A stretch of DNA of 64,000 bases from Heterodontus francisci. Lineage: Eukaryota. A program made the translations under genes and the position numbers. Below, piece after piece: positions 37,735 through 50,799 of the stretch (positions are counted from its first letter, which is position 1; the number at the start of each line of letters is the position of its first letter). The notes beneath the pieces were generated by a model. The model worked only from the letters and a program-made list of their open reading frames with translations. It made no database searches and had not been told where the DNA came from. Where the stretch lies: the NCBI RefSeq assembly GCF_036365525.1, contig NC_090372.1, forward strand, positions 41,044,246 through 41,108,245. The letters run 5' to 3'.

Positions 37735-38200
37735 TTTACACCTATCCTGCACCAAGTCCTGCTCACCAATTATCTCTATTGTTTGTGATCTACACTGGCT
37801 CCCACTTCCCCAATGTAAAGTTCTCATCTTTGCATTTAAATCTTTTCATGGTTTCTCCTCTCCTCATCTCCATTGCTCCCTCCAGCCTTACAATTCTGTG
37901 CCCCCCACTCCAAAGAACTCAGTGTTCTTCTGACTCTAGCTCATTATGCATTCCACATTCCCTTCACCCCACCATTGGTGGCTGTGCCTTCACCCATCTA
38001 AGCTTTGCACTCTGAAATTCCCTCACTAAGTTTCTCCACTTCCTTTTTAAGACCGTCCTTAAAACCCATCTCTTTAAGCTTTCTATCATTTCTTGTAATA
38101 TCTCCTCCTTTGAACTGGCATTCATTTTTATTTAATTATGCTTCTGTGAAGTATCTTTGGGGGTTTATCTACATTAAAGGTACTTTATAAATACATGATG
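37735..38200 (+). mobile_element. Old L2 3' fragment
   Basis: ctacactggctccc, accattggtggctgtgccttc and the tail aaaggtactttataaat. Confidence 0.65.
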
Positions 38201-39405
38201 TTACTCTAAATATTCCTCATCAGTAATCAACATAATTTTTGTCAATATTCAGTGCTGCTATATTATTCAATATTAACAGTGATTTACCTGCTCAATTTAC
38301 TACTTACAATACTTGCAGTATTTTAATCATAGTCATAAATATTTCGAACAGAGGTTCCAAGACCAGCCTCCTTTGGTCTCGAGTGACCCATTAGAACTAA
38401 AACAATTGGTAAATACCCTCAGTTTCCTATTAATAAAATTAATACTCAAATTTACATGAACCTCAACACCTTCAGCTTTCATTATAGTCATAAATCTCAT
38501 GTGATGAATCTTATCACCTGCTTTCTGAAAGTTGTTATATAATATCCAGCTTCTTAACCTCATTAACTAACTGTTACATCCTCAGAAAATGCCAATAAAG
38601 TGTGTTAAACATTAGTTTCCATTCATTGATGGATGTTCTTAAATTGCTGCCATAATAATGGACTCCAATGTTTGTCCACCTTAGTTAAAAAGTTTATAAT
38701 TCCTAGGATTATGCATCAGCTTTTTAAAAAAAGAACTCTATTTCCCATAGAATCCTGTGTCTATGAGTCGCTAATCTGGTTCTTCTTGAAAAACTTTAAT
38801 TCATTCCATTATGGTTTGGTGCTTTTTGACTGTTCAAGTAGTCCACAGTTTCCAAATTACTATTTTGTTGCTGGCTCCTATTTTCTGCATGAAATTGGAT
38901 GCACCCTGTTGCTTTGGTTGCCTGCTTGAGAATAGTACCAATGTATTCTGTACTGAAAAGGAAATAATCTATAGTTCCACCATGTTGGCGACCTTCCTTT
39001 CCCATCCTTACGAAGGGGAACCAAGTGAAGGAGGCACTGAGCAGGCAGAAAAAAGGGAAAACTCCTGACTGCTCTTCTAGCAGATGATTGTACAACAGTA
39101 TTAGCAGGGACCTTGGGAGTGCTGGTCATCCATTCATCCTCTTCACTCACAAATGATGTTCAGCACAGAAGCCAAAAGTTTAAAACAAAGAAGAAAAAAA
39201 TAAAACTTTCAATGAGACATAACTGTAGGATAGAGGAATGACATAGGGAAGCAGCTAAATTCTATAAGGAAAAGTAAAATAAGATGAGAAAATATTTTCT
39301 ATTTAGCCACTGATTTAAAAAAAAAGTTTCCTTTTGGGATTAAAAAAAAGATATGGGATATGAAAACTCTTTTCCTTGCTTCTTGTACAATCAAGGATGT
39401 GCATA

Positions 39406-39653
39406 TCACATCAAAGGGATGCTACAGTCATTGTTTTCAATATCAAAGAAACACTTGTTGTTTTTAATGTGCCATCCTTGCTGAACAGGTACTTCAGACT
39501 GAGACAAAGTCCTTGGTCTTAACCACCGCTCCATGCACTGTGCTAGCAGGGGGTGGCTGTTGACTTCAAATTTGTTTGCGAATAAACTGTCCTTTTGGGC
39601 AAGCCATTCCAAGTCTCCCAACCCATATACGCAGATGCTGCGAACATAATGAC
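39406..39653 (-). CDS. GCNT7: Terminal coding exon of a beta-1,6-N-acetylglucosaminyltransferase (GT14; GCNT7-like, GCNT2 not excluded)
   Basis: ttttctgtttccttCAG|GT CAT TAT gives GHYVRSICVYGLGDLEWLAQKDSLFANKFEVNSHPLLAQCMERWLRPRTLSQSEVPVQQGWH...*. The phase-1 intron before GHYV is typical of GCNT2/GCNT7 (GCNT1/3/4 lack it). The extension after W-H favours GCNT7. Confidence 0.85.
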
Positions 39654-40125
39654 CTGAAGGAAACAGAAAAGATGAAAAAGGCATCTTAAATATATGCACA
39701 GTGATAGTGGTAAGTTCTATGGCTATGACATCACAATCTTACTGTCACAATTCAAAATTTAAACTGCATTTGTCTCCCACTCAGAGGGTGAAGGACAATC
39801 ACCACCAATGTTGATTAACAGAAATTGAAGACTGATTTACTAGAATTTAGCAGAAAAGCTAGGCCCGTCTTTTCGGTAAGGCACAATAACAATGCAAGGA
39901 ATGAAGACTTCCTGAAAAGTTTACTCAAGCTGCTCACACTGTTTAAACTTAGTGCTAAGCAACTTACAATGTAAGGTGGTCAACTGTTTTCAATTTAGCT
40001 TGACATGTCTAAAGATTTGGTGATAGAGGCTGCATGACAGTAAATATGTATCAAGGTTAGCGAGATAAAACCGGTCAATGGATAATAAACATGTGTCAGA
40101 TATTCCTCATGTAACACTACAAAGT

Positions 40126-40328
40126 TGTTAATTATATATTAATTGTGTTTAATTGGATGCAGGTGGTGGGTATTAGGGATTCGCTTGGGCTCCATGTAAA
40201 TAGGAACAGAATGGAACCGGGTTGTGAGTTTAGGAGGTGCAATTTGTAATGTGTATCTCTAGGGATAAAAGCGTGTAATGATTGGCTCCTGTATTATCCT
40301 TCACCGCCCGGTATTCTGGAGAATAACA
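40126..40328 (+). repeat. 5' LTR
   Basis: tgttaatt..ttaattggatgcaggtggtggg..ttctggagaataaca, followed by a degenerate PBS cggaagcagatgg. Confidence 0.85.
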
Positions 40329-42221
40329 CGGAAGCAGATGGTTGCGTAAAGGTGATGATTGGAGAAAAAAAAATTTCAGACAGAAAAGCTAAAATCCTAG
40401 TGGCCATTGTGCAAAATGGCAAAAAGCAAGTGCAAATTGTGGGAATATGATTACCCTCCGAGGTTCTCAGAATTTGGAACATATGACCAGTGGAAGAATG
40501 AAGTGAATAGGTGGGCACAGGTTATGTTGCTATCAAAGAGAAAAAAAAGTATGGCTTGGCAATGTCACTTCCTACTGGAAGTAAAATCAGAAGTAAATTG
40601 TTTTGTGAGATGGCTGCCTATCAGTTGGATAGTGAGGAAGGTTTAGGTCTTCTATTAGAGTTCTTGGAAAAAATCTACAAGAAAAATCATCTGTTAAACG
40701 CCTATGAGGCATGGTCAGAATTTGATAGATTTTGGAAAACAAATGGCCATTCCATAGAAGAATATATCATGGACTTTAACAGATTATATAAAAGATTGAT
40801 GGCATTCAATTTGGGGATCCCTGTAACAGTACTAATGTTTAAACTACTAGATTACTCTAAGATAATTCATATGGACAAACAAATGATTTTAACTGGCGTG
40901 CAGTTCTTGGAGAAGGAGACTGTTGGATCACATGTCTGCTGCCTTAAAAATAATTCCTTGGGAAACTGTCATTTCCTTCAGCCTTCATGGAACAAATGAG
41001 ACATTCTGCCAATACACAAAGACTCCGTGATTGCCAGATTTCAAAATAGTTCAGATACTGGACACGGGCATCAATACAACAGAAGAATTGACAGGCAGAA
41101 TGAGGATGACGGCATCTTTAGCAGGTCTGGCTATTTCATCAGAAGACAAAGTTGGAAAAACAATAATGGGTGAATGAATCCCAGGAATGCCCATGGAATA
41201 GTTAATAGGTGATTCAGGCGTGACTCCAAGTATCATTATGTGGTAAACTGCCCAAAGCAAAGAGCAGAGCCTTCTAAACGACACATGAGAATTCTGAGGA
41301 AGGGGAAGCTGATAATGATGAATCCAAACAAATTATGCTGGTCACAAGCAGTTTTAGTCCTGTGATGAATGAGTTGTCCTGGAATCCTTTAACAGTGCTT
41401 TTTAAATAGTGCTTGTATTCAACAGTATGCAGGTCTATCTGGTTAATATGTTATCTTGATACACTAAGTGGTGAGGAGTATAAAAGGATTACTTGCTTCA
41501 GGTTCGGTGATGATAACCAACTGAGGTCACTAAAGAGAGTTGTAATTCCATATAAAATTGCTGGAATAAGCCACTTTATATGTACTGATGTCATCTCAAG
41601 TGAGATACCTATGCTGTTGAGTAAACCTCCTGTGAAAAAGGCACAAACAAAACTTGACATGGAGCATGACAAGGCAATTATTTTTGGAAAGTCAGTTGAT
41701 CTGCAGTTTACCCAGTCAGGGTATTACTGTATCCCCGTAAGAAAACCTGATGTTTCTCTTCAGAGTGTTAGACATTATTAATGGTATCAGGTGATCAAAA
41801 TCAATGAAAAAAACTCCAAATTGTCTTAGTTACATAGACAATTTGCTTACCCGACTTGCCAAAGGTTAGAAAATCCTGCTAAAAGATGCAGGTATGGTTG
41901 ATGAGGATAGAGTATGCGAGGCTAATAGAAGAGATCAGTGAGAATAATGAAATCCGTAAAAAGTATTGTAGGACACCACCAACTCCTATTGTAAGCCTTC
42001 CATTAGCATGTGACTTTAACAAGGTAGTTGTCATGAATCGAAAGGTATGGGTCAAAGACAAACATTTTCATCGTACATTTTATGGACCTGGCAACCAGAT
42101 TTGGTCTTTCTACAATTATAAATCAGGACAAAAGGGTTATTGTAACAAAATCATGGTGAAATGGATAGGGACGAGACTTGGGATACCAGAAAAGCTTCTG
42201 ACTGATAATGAAGGGGAATTT

Positions 42222-42578
42222 TATTTTTTATTTATTTTATTTAGAAATACAGCACTGAAACAGGCCCTTCGGCCCACCGAGTCTGTGCCGACCATCAACC
42301 ACCCATTTATACTAATCCTACACTAATCCCACATTCCTACCACATCCCCACCTATCCCTATATTTCCCTACCACCTACCTATACTAGGGGCAATTTATAA
42401 TGGCCAATTTACCTACCAACCTCCAAGTCTTTTGGCTGTGGGAGGAAACCGGAGCACCCGGAGGAAACCCACGCAGACACAGGGAGAACTTGCAAACTCC
42501 ACACAGGCAGTACCCAGAATTGAACCCGGGTCGCTGGAGCTGTGAGGCTGCGGTGCTAACCACTGCGCCTCTGTGCCA
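42222..42578 (-). mobile_element. HE1-type V-SINE inside the integrase
   Basis: Full SINE; aattt on both flanks. Confidence 0.92.
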
Positions 42579-43084
42579 CCCAATTTGCCGATGATGAGTT
42601 CAGAACCTTGTGTGAAAATATGAATATTATGATAACACAGCTGAATGTCCTTGGCAATGGACTTTGTGAAAGGAATCATGCTGTAATCAATGAAATGCTG
42701 CATAAAATTTTAGTTAATCAACCAGACCGCAAGTTGACAACTGCACTGGCATGAGTGGTTCATGCAAAGAATTCACACTAAATGGTTGGAGGATATAGTC
42801 CCTATCAATTTGTTTATGGGTGAAATCTCAAATTGCATTCTGTTCTATGTGATAGCCCTCCTGCTCTATAAGGTACTGCAATTAGTTCTATTTTTTTTAT
42901 GCACATTTGGACGCTTCACATGTAGGGAAACAAGCGTTGATCAAGGCTGAGGTCTCTGACAAAATTCGGAGAGCAGTGAAGCATCATATAAGATCATCTG
43001 AGGCAGAGTTCAATTCAGGATATTTAGTATACTATGAAAGAGAGGGTCATAGGGAATGGAAAGGCCTGGTAAGGTAATAGATCA

Positions 43085-44665
43085 GATCTAAGCTCTGCAG
43101 TCCTGCCACATCCAGTCATGAATGGTGGTGGATAATTAAACAACTAACCATGGGAGGCAGCTCCACAAATATCCCCATCCTTAATGACGGGGGAACCCAG
43201 CACATCAGTGCAAAAAGACAAGGCTGAAGGCATTTGCATCCATCTTCAGCCAGAAGTGCCGAGTGGATGATCCATCTCAGCCTCCTCCTGAAGTCCGCAG
43301 CATCACGTGATATCAAGGAATGGCTGAAGGCACTGGATACTGCAAAGACTATGGGCCCTGACAACATTCCGGCAATAGTACTGAAGACCTGTGCTCCAGA
43401 ACTAGCTGCACCCCGAGCCAAGCTGTTCCAGTACAGCTACAACACCCGGCAATGTGGAAAGTTGCCCAGCTATGTCCTGTGCACAAAAAGCAGGACTAAT
43501 CCAACCCGGCCAATTACCACCCTATCAGTCTACTGCCAATCATCAGCAAAGTAATGGATGGGGTCGTCGTCAAGGAACCCTAGCAAAACTGGAGTCAAAG
43601 GGAATCGGGGAAAATTCTCTGCTGGTTTGAGTCATACCTAGCACGAAGGAAGATGGTTGTGATTGTTGATCAATTATCTCAGTCCCGGGACATCACTGCA
43701 GGGGTTCCTCAGTGTCCTAGGCCCAACCATCTTCAGTTGCTTCATAAATGGCCTTCCCTCCATCATAAGGTCAGAAGTGGGGATGTTCGCTGATGATTGC
43801 ACCATGTTTAGCACCGTTCGCGACTCCTCAGATACTGAAGCAGCCCATGTATATATACACATCAGGACCTGGACAACCTCCAGGTTTGCGCTGATAAGCG
43901 GCAAGTAACATTTTCCCCACACAAGTGTCAGGCAATAACCATCTCAAACAAGAGATAATCTAACCATCTCCCCTTGACATTCAATGGTATTACCACTGCT
44001 GAATCCCCCAGTATCATCCTGGGGGTCACCATTGACCTGAAACTGAACTGGACCAGCCCCATCAATACTGTGGCTACAAGAGCAGGTCAGAGGCTGGGAA
44101 TTCTGTGGCAAGTAACTCACAGTCCTGTCTCCCCAATGCCTGTGCACCATCTACAAGGCACAAGTCAGGAGTGTGCCTGGATGGGTGCAGCTCCAACAAC
44201 ACTCAAGAAGCTCGACACCATCAAGATAAAGCAGCCCACTGGCACCCCATCAACCGCCTTCAACATTCACTTCCTCCACCACTGATGCACAGTGGCAGCA
44301 GTGTGTGCTATATACAAGATGTACTGCAGCAACTCATCAAGACTCTTTCGACAGCACCTTCCAAACCCAAGACCTCTACTACCTGGAAGGACAAGTGCAG
44401 CAGATGCATGGGAACACCACCACCTGCAAGTTCCCCTCCAAGACACATACCATCCTGACTTGGAACTATATCGCAGTTCCTTCACTGTCACTGGGTTAAA
44501 GTTCTGGAACTCCCTTCCTAACAGCACTGTTGGTGTACCTACACCCCAAGGAATGCAGCGATTCAAGAAGGCAGCTCACCACCACCTTCTCAAGGGCAAT
44601 TAGGGATGGGCAATAAATGCTTGCCTAGCCAGCGACACCCACATCCCACGAATGAATGAAACAAA
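43085..44665 (+). mobile_element. Family-B LINE inside the copia element
   Basis: LKALDTAKTMGPDNIP, MFADDCT and the family tail; aatag repeated at both ends, splitting GKVI|GRDGK. Confidence 0.9.
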
Positions 44666-45663
44666 AATAGGTCGTGATGGTAAGACAGCACTTAACAAAC
44701 ATGCAATCAAACTATTAAGGTTAATTCCTCGAGTAATTGAAGTTATTACAAAATCTGGGACTCCGAGCAGCTGATGGAAGTAAACAAGGCACCTTGTATC
44801 TCAAATGCTCGTGCATTGTGTGATGAGGGTCCCGAGGAACAGAATGCGGTATATCAAGGGTTGCATAATGGTAATGTGAGTGGACACAGATGACAGCAAT
44901 GACATCCATAGGCCAATTGCCAAGGGTGGGTGCTCAGGTGACATACATTCCACAGGTATCTAGTAAATGGAAGGATGCAACAATTGTGGGACGTGCAGGA
45001 AAAGCTACTAGCAAGTTTAAATGTTGGTTGAATGTTCAGGATGATGGCCAAGAAGTGAGGTCCGAAGACTTGCAGCATGGGGTGAAAGAGTGGACAGTCA
45101 GAAAGTGCAGCGCAAGTACTTATAATGAATCTAGAAGTGACTCTTGTATCAGGAAATGATCACGTACCATTAAAAGAACATCCAATGGTGCAAGAGGGAG
45201 ATCGTACAATAGTAGTCCCGACAGTCATAAACGTGGAATTAGAGGCCATGGCTTGAATAGGTTAGATGAACTAAAGGCCACAAGAAGGTTTCAGAACAGA
45301 ACTCGAAGCAGAAGTCCTCATGATCGTGAAGTTTTGGTGGCTGCCAATAAACTTGAGGACAAACTAATAAGAAAGGCAAAAGAAGGGGAATTAGAGAGAT
45401 GACGAGAGTTGAGTTTATTCTGAGGTACCAGATAAGGGGTAACCAGCTTTGTCACACAGGTGGATTTGCACTGACAAAGTTCTTGCAGATAGGACTTATA
45501 AGGCTAAAGTAAGGCTAGTTGCTCAGTGTTTTGAGGAGTTTTGACTGGGATGATAGAGTGGACTCTCCCACAGCTGGAAAAGTAATCTTAAAAATCCATT
45601 TAGCTTTTTTGGCCACATATTCCTGGGCTGTAAATCAATCAAGATAAAAGCCGTGTTTCTGCA

Positions 45664-45997
45664 GCACAGTGGCGCAGTGGCTAGCACCGCAGCCTCACAG
45701 CTCCAGCGACCCGGGTTTAGTTCTGGGTGCTGCCTGTGCGGAGTTTGCAAGTTCTCCGTGACCGCGTGGGCTTCCGCCGGGTGCTCCGGTTTCCTCCCAC
45801 AGCCAAAGACTTGCAGGTTGATAGGTAAATTGGCCATTGTAAATTGCCCCTAGTGTAGGTAGGTGATAGGAGAATGGTGGGGACGTGGTAGGGAATATGG
45901 GATTAATGTAGGATTAGTATAAATGGGTGGTTGTTGGCCGGCACAGACACGGTGGACTGAAGGGCCTGTTTCAGTGCTGTATCTCTCGATGACTCTT
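45664..45997 (+). mobile_element. HE1-type V-SINE inside the copia RT
   Basis: Head, V-core and tail all present. Confidence 0.9.
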
Positions 45998-47133
45998 ATA
46001 ATACATTTCAGTCAGAAGTGTTTCTGAAACCACCCAAAGAGGCAGCAGATGCAGAAGGAAAACAATGGAAACTAAACAAATGCATGTATGGCCTGAATGA
46101 TGCTTCCAGGATGTTGCATTTTTGGTGAGATCTGTTTTGCTGAAAATAGGTTGTGTTCAACTAAAAGTAGATTCCACAATGTTTTATTGGTATCATAAAG
46201 GAAAACTTTCAGGCATCTTCATGGCGCATGCTGATAACTTTTTATGGGGTGGCACTGCAGAATGAGAAATGTGCTATTAATAAGATTCGAGCAGAATTTA
46301 AAATTGGGAGTGAGGCTTCTAGGGCTTTAAAATATATAGGTTTAGATATTAATCAAAATAGGTCTCAAATAACTTTAAATCAACAATCCTATTTGGAGAT
46401 TGTTACTCTCATCCCAGTTAATTGCACAAAGTCATTCCAGTAAAATTATGTTATATCTAAAAGAGACAGAACAATTGTGAAGCTTGACTGGTCAGTTGAA
46501 CTGGCTGTGCACTCAAGACTAGACTAGATTATAGTTTGATGTGTTGGAGTTAAGTACTATGATGAAACACCCTGAAGTCAAGAATATTTTCAGTGCAAAT
46601 AAAATATTAAGAAAATTACATCTGGAGAAATGCATACTTAAGTTCCCATCCTTAGGTGAATCAAAGATTATGAAGCTAGCAATTTTTAGCAATCCTAAAC
46701 ATGCTAATCTTCCCGAGTATTCTAGTGCAGCTTGTTTTATAATATTTTTAATGGGTGAGAATAGGAAATATTGTCCTTTAGCTTGGGAAGCTAAAAAAAT
46801 AAAAAGGGTTGCTTAAAAGTACTTTGGCTACAGAAACACTGGCTCTTGTGGAGGTAATGGATATGGGATTCTATTTATCAAATATTTTAAGGTGAGATTC
46901 TGTACAATTAGCATACTGAAGATGGTATGCCCATTGAATGTTATGTAGATAATGAATCAATCATTCATTATGAAAAGTGTGAGTGGGAAAAGGTTACTGA
47001 TTGTCCTTGCTGGCTTGAAACAAATGCTGGAGAAAGTAAAAGGAAATCTCTAAAAATTAAATAAGTGGATGCAAGTCAGCAATTGTTATACAAAAAGAAA
47101 TGCATGAATGAAGGAATTGTTAAGGGTCCGAAG

Positions 47134-47344
47134 AATTTCACTGCTCTTCTTCAAAATATGTCCACCTGAGAGGGCAGACAGGGACTCAGTTTAACATCTC
47201 ATCCAGAAGAAGGCACCTCCAACATTGCAGCACTCCTTCAGTATGTCAGTGGAGCATCAGCCTAAATTTTATGCTCCATTCTCTGGAATGGGATTTGAAC
47301 CCATAACCATCTGACACAGACAAGTGTGTTACCAATTGAACCAT
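47134..47344 (-). repeat. SacSINE1-type fragment duplicating 47974-48187
   Basis: Near-identical to the downstream copy, including a shared internal deletion. Confidence 0.8.
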
Positions 47345-47455
47345 CTAGCAATGTAATGCTCTGTACAGAATATGGCCATCTTCAGATTTATTTTGTTTTG
47401 AAATTTTGGTTGCACACATTAAGTATAATTTTTAATTCAGAGAGAGAAGGGAATC

Positions 47456-47673
47456 TGTTTATTGTATATTGTTTTTAATTGGATGCAGGTGGTGGGCATT
47501 AACTCAGGATTCACTTGGGCTCCTGTAAATAGGAACAGACTGGCACAGGTGTGAGAGTTCACAAGATGCATGTTTGTAATGTGTACCTCTGTGAATAAAT
47601 GCTTACAGAAGGAAGTGTGTAAAGAATGGGCTCCTGCTTTATCCTATACCACCAGGCATTCTGGACAGTAACA
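47456..47673 (+). repeat. 3' LTR
   Basis: tgtttatt..ttaattggatgcaggtggtggg..ttctggacagtaaca; visibly diverged from the 5' LTR. Confidence 0.85.
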
Positions 47674-47756
47674 AAGTGACTGTGCACAGCCAGAATATTT
47701 CCATTGGCTACAAGGCTTCCACCAGAATGTGAAGGTGCTCTTCTGCAGTTAATGAA

Positions 47757-48190
47757 AAAAAGACTTGCATTTATATTGTGCATTCCGCAATCTCATGATG
47801 TCCCAAAGCACTTTGTCAATGAAATATTTTTGAAGTGTAGTCATCACTGTAATGTAGGAAACTTGGCAGCCAATTTGCTCACAGCAAGCACCCACAAACA
47901 GCAATGTGATAATGACCAGATAATCTGTTTTTGGTGATGGTTGAGTGATAACTATTGGCGAGGACACCAGACAGAATTTCACTGCTCTTCTTCAAAATAT
48001 GTCCACCTGAGAGGGCAGACAGGGCCTCAGTTTAACATCTCATCCAGAAGAAGGCACCTCTAACATCGCAGCACTCCTTCAGTATGTCAGTGGAGCATCA
48101 GCCTAAATTTTGTGCTCCATTCTCTGGAGTGGGATTTGAGCTCTCAACCATCTGACACAGAGACAAGTGTGTTACCAATTGAACCATGGC
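47757..48190 (-). mobile_element. SacSINE1-type Deu-SINE
   Basis: agacttgcatttatat tail through to the tRNA head. Confidence 0.8.
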
Positions 48191-49556
48191 TGGCACCTAC
48201 ATGGTCGATTGTACAGTTTCTGCAAAACGGTGATAGACATTCTTGGTGTATCTATTAACATGGATTGTAAACTTCTGCAGGCAATATTAATTCATTGTCA
48301 TTTCCTTGACATCCCTCCTGTTCCTCCCCTCCCCAACATCTGCATAAATATTTCAAAATCCTCACAGCATCATTGCATTGAGGAAAGCATGTGACAGGGG
48401 TGTGTTGAAGGGGGGGGGGGGGGGGAAACCATTAAATTGATTAGGGTTTGTATAGAAAATCAGGGTACTACCTTAGTGGCTTCTTAAACATCAAGCAAAA
48501 CCCATGCCACTATAACGCTGGTTACAAGAAGCATAGGTTTGGCATAGTCAGCTAGAACATAAACAGAATATCAGAAATCTCCAAATCTGGCACCTCCAAC
48601 CACCTGCTAAAATGGATATAGCTAGCAGCTAGCTTTAGTGAGACACAACAGTTTTACAACTGGCTCCAGGCTGTGGAAAACTAGTGTTGCCAGAAACAGC
48701 TAGCACCCACTCAGGTATCACAAAAAATGAAACCAGCCAATATCACCAAATTTTTAAACACTTCAAAAGAAGCAGGATCTCTGCCTCGTGTAGATGATTT
48801 TAAAAGACAAATACCATCTTTAGAGTTAGATTCAGTGGAATTCGTATTCGATTTGACACCCTTATTTACCTGGTTTCAGGTAGGGGGAAAACAGCCACTT
48901 TCTACTACTTGTTCTTCTGGTCTCACATCCCGATCGAGAATGTTATGGTGCATTACTTTTCCCTCTAAGCTGCACAGCAACTGAAAGTCCCCATGCAGGC
49001 CACGCAGTCATTACTGTAATGTAGGAAACATGGCAGCCAATTTGCACAAAGTTGCTTTGCACTTAAATAAATCATCCACGCATTCCAAAAACAAAATTAG
49101 AGGGTGTGGTATGGTGCATGTTTACATTATATAGGATATCTGCTTCTGTGTACACTACATCAACTTGAACATGCAACATGTCTGCTTGTACTTAGTAGAT
49201 TGGTCTATAAGGTGCATTAATTCACATTAGCTTGTTGGTGACCACTTTCCATCGGTTTGGACATGAATTATACAGGTTTAACTGCAAAGCCTACTAGTTC
49301 AGATGTGAACAACTTTGATTTCCTAACTCAGTAGAATTTACATCTTTGTTAAAGAGGAGCTCCACCTTGTGACAGAGTTGGGAAAAAATCCGGCCTGACT
49401 ATTTGATGTTGAGATGAGCGTTGTGTTGTGTAGCCAAGAATGTTTGCTGTGTTTTCCGATACTAATTTATGCAGGCAGGTCACAGAAAGTGGTTGGACTG
49501 GTCTTGCAACCTACTTTAAATAAAAATAAAATACAACACATTCAGAATGACTTTTA

Positions 49557-50106
49557 ACAAAGAACAAAGAACAGTACAGCACAGGAACAGGCCATTTGGC
49601 CCTCCAAGCCTGCGCCGATCTTGATGCCTGCCTAAACTAAAACCTTCTGCACTTCTGGGGACCGTATCCCTCTATTCCCATCCTATTCATGTATTTGTCA
49701 AGATGCCTCTTAAACGTCATTATCGTACCTGCTTCCACCACCTCCCCCGGCAGCAAGTTCCAGGCACTCACCACCCTCTGTGTAAAGAACGTGCCTCGCA
49801 CATCCCCTCTAAACTTTGCCCCTCGCACCTTAAACCTATGTCCCCGAGTAACTGACTCTTCCACCCTGGAAAAAAGCGTCTGACTATCCACTCTGTCCGT
49901 GCCGCTCATAACTTTGTAAACCTCTATCATGTCACCCCTCCACCTCCGTCGTTCCAGTGAAAACAATCTGAGTTTATCCAACCTCTCCTCATAGCTAATG
50001 CCCTCCAGACCAGGCAACATCCTGGTAAACCTCCTCTGTACCCTCTCCAAAGCCTCCACGTCCTTCTGGTAGCGTGGCGACCAGAATTGCACGCAATATT
50101 CTAAGT
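49557..50106 (-). mobile_element. Young CR1 3' fragment (same subfamily as 11035)
   Basis: Open 151-aa ORF ending FFTQRVVSAWNLLP..FKRHLDKYM. Confidence 0.92.
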
Positions 50107-50799
50107 GTTTTTAAAAGGTTATTGTGTTGGGGAAAAGTGAGTACTTTCAGTGGACTTGGCTTTTCTTGAATTTTAAAAATCAGATAACAACTTTCTACGG
50201 TTGGCATGCAAAATCTAAAAGGATCCCTTTGGTCTCAATGGAAATCACAATTGAGAGACCTATCATTGGCATAACACGAGTGACTCCGCTGACAATCATA
50301 CCCAAAATGTCATGTCTACCAAGAGGCTATTCTAGTAAGTGGGAAACATCCGAAACCTTGGCATCTAAACTAAATCAGAATACTTTCCATGTAAAGAACA
50401 TCCCCTAAAAGTATTGTTTCCTAGCCCCAACCAATTTTGTCCCCTCTTCCCCTGACATTACTTATACTGTAGTAATTCCACAGCTGACAGTCAACAGTAT
50501 CTCACATAAGAAAATTTTTTTGTCCCCCTCCTCTCGTTTCCAAAATGTGTTGACTCCTTGCCACAGTTAGGTTTCACAGATGCCAGTTACCCTCTGACAC
50601 CTTGCCCAATTGGCAATAATCCATGTCAGCCTGGACAACAAGTATAGAACAGTTGGAAGCATCCAGTTGAATCCAATACTAATGCATGGAATTTCCTATG
50701 GAGGACACTGGATTGCAGAAACCCTGGTTAATCTTTTCCCCCCTTTCTTACTCCAGGAGGGGAGAGATCAACTGTAGCACACTTAACACTGTCCCAGCT

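Larger units (their letters stand above)
40126..47673 (+). mobile_element. Degenerate full-length Ty1/copia LTR retrotransposon (GalEa-like)
   Basis: Two TG..CA LTRs, aagt TSD, PPT agagagagaaggg at ~47439. Domains in copia order: gag (YDQWKNEV..AYEAWSEF; CCHC remnant DSKYHYVVNCP ~41210), protease (~41400), integrase (LHRQFAYP, LTDNEGEF, GKVIG), RT (KAKVRLVAQCFEE, YGLNDASR, HADNF), RNase H (~46900-47100). Confidence 0.88.

Noticed and set aside
38796-39150. Overlapping 85-99 aa ORFs on both strands
   Set aside because: No recognisable motif and no consistent splice phases; probably UTR or intron.
42400-42703. Recurrent ORFs such as MANLPINLQVF..ETGAPGGNPRRHRENL and AQWLAPQPHSS
   Set aside because: Chance frames through V-SINE copies, not a gene family.
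47680-49000. AG..GT-bounded minus segments examined as the GCNT penultimate exon
   Set aside because: None encodes a W.GN.RAIKW-like motif, and most frames have stops.
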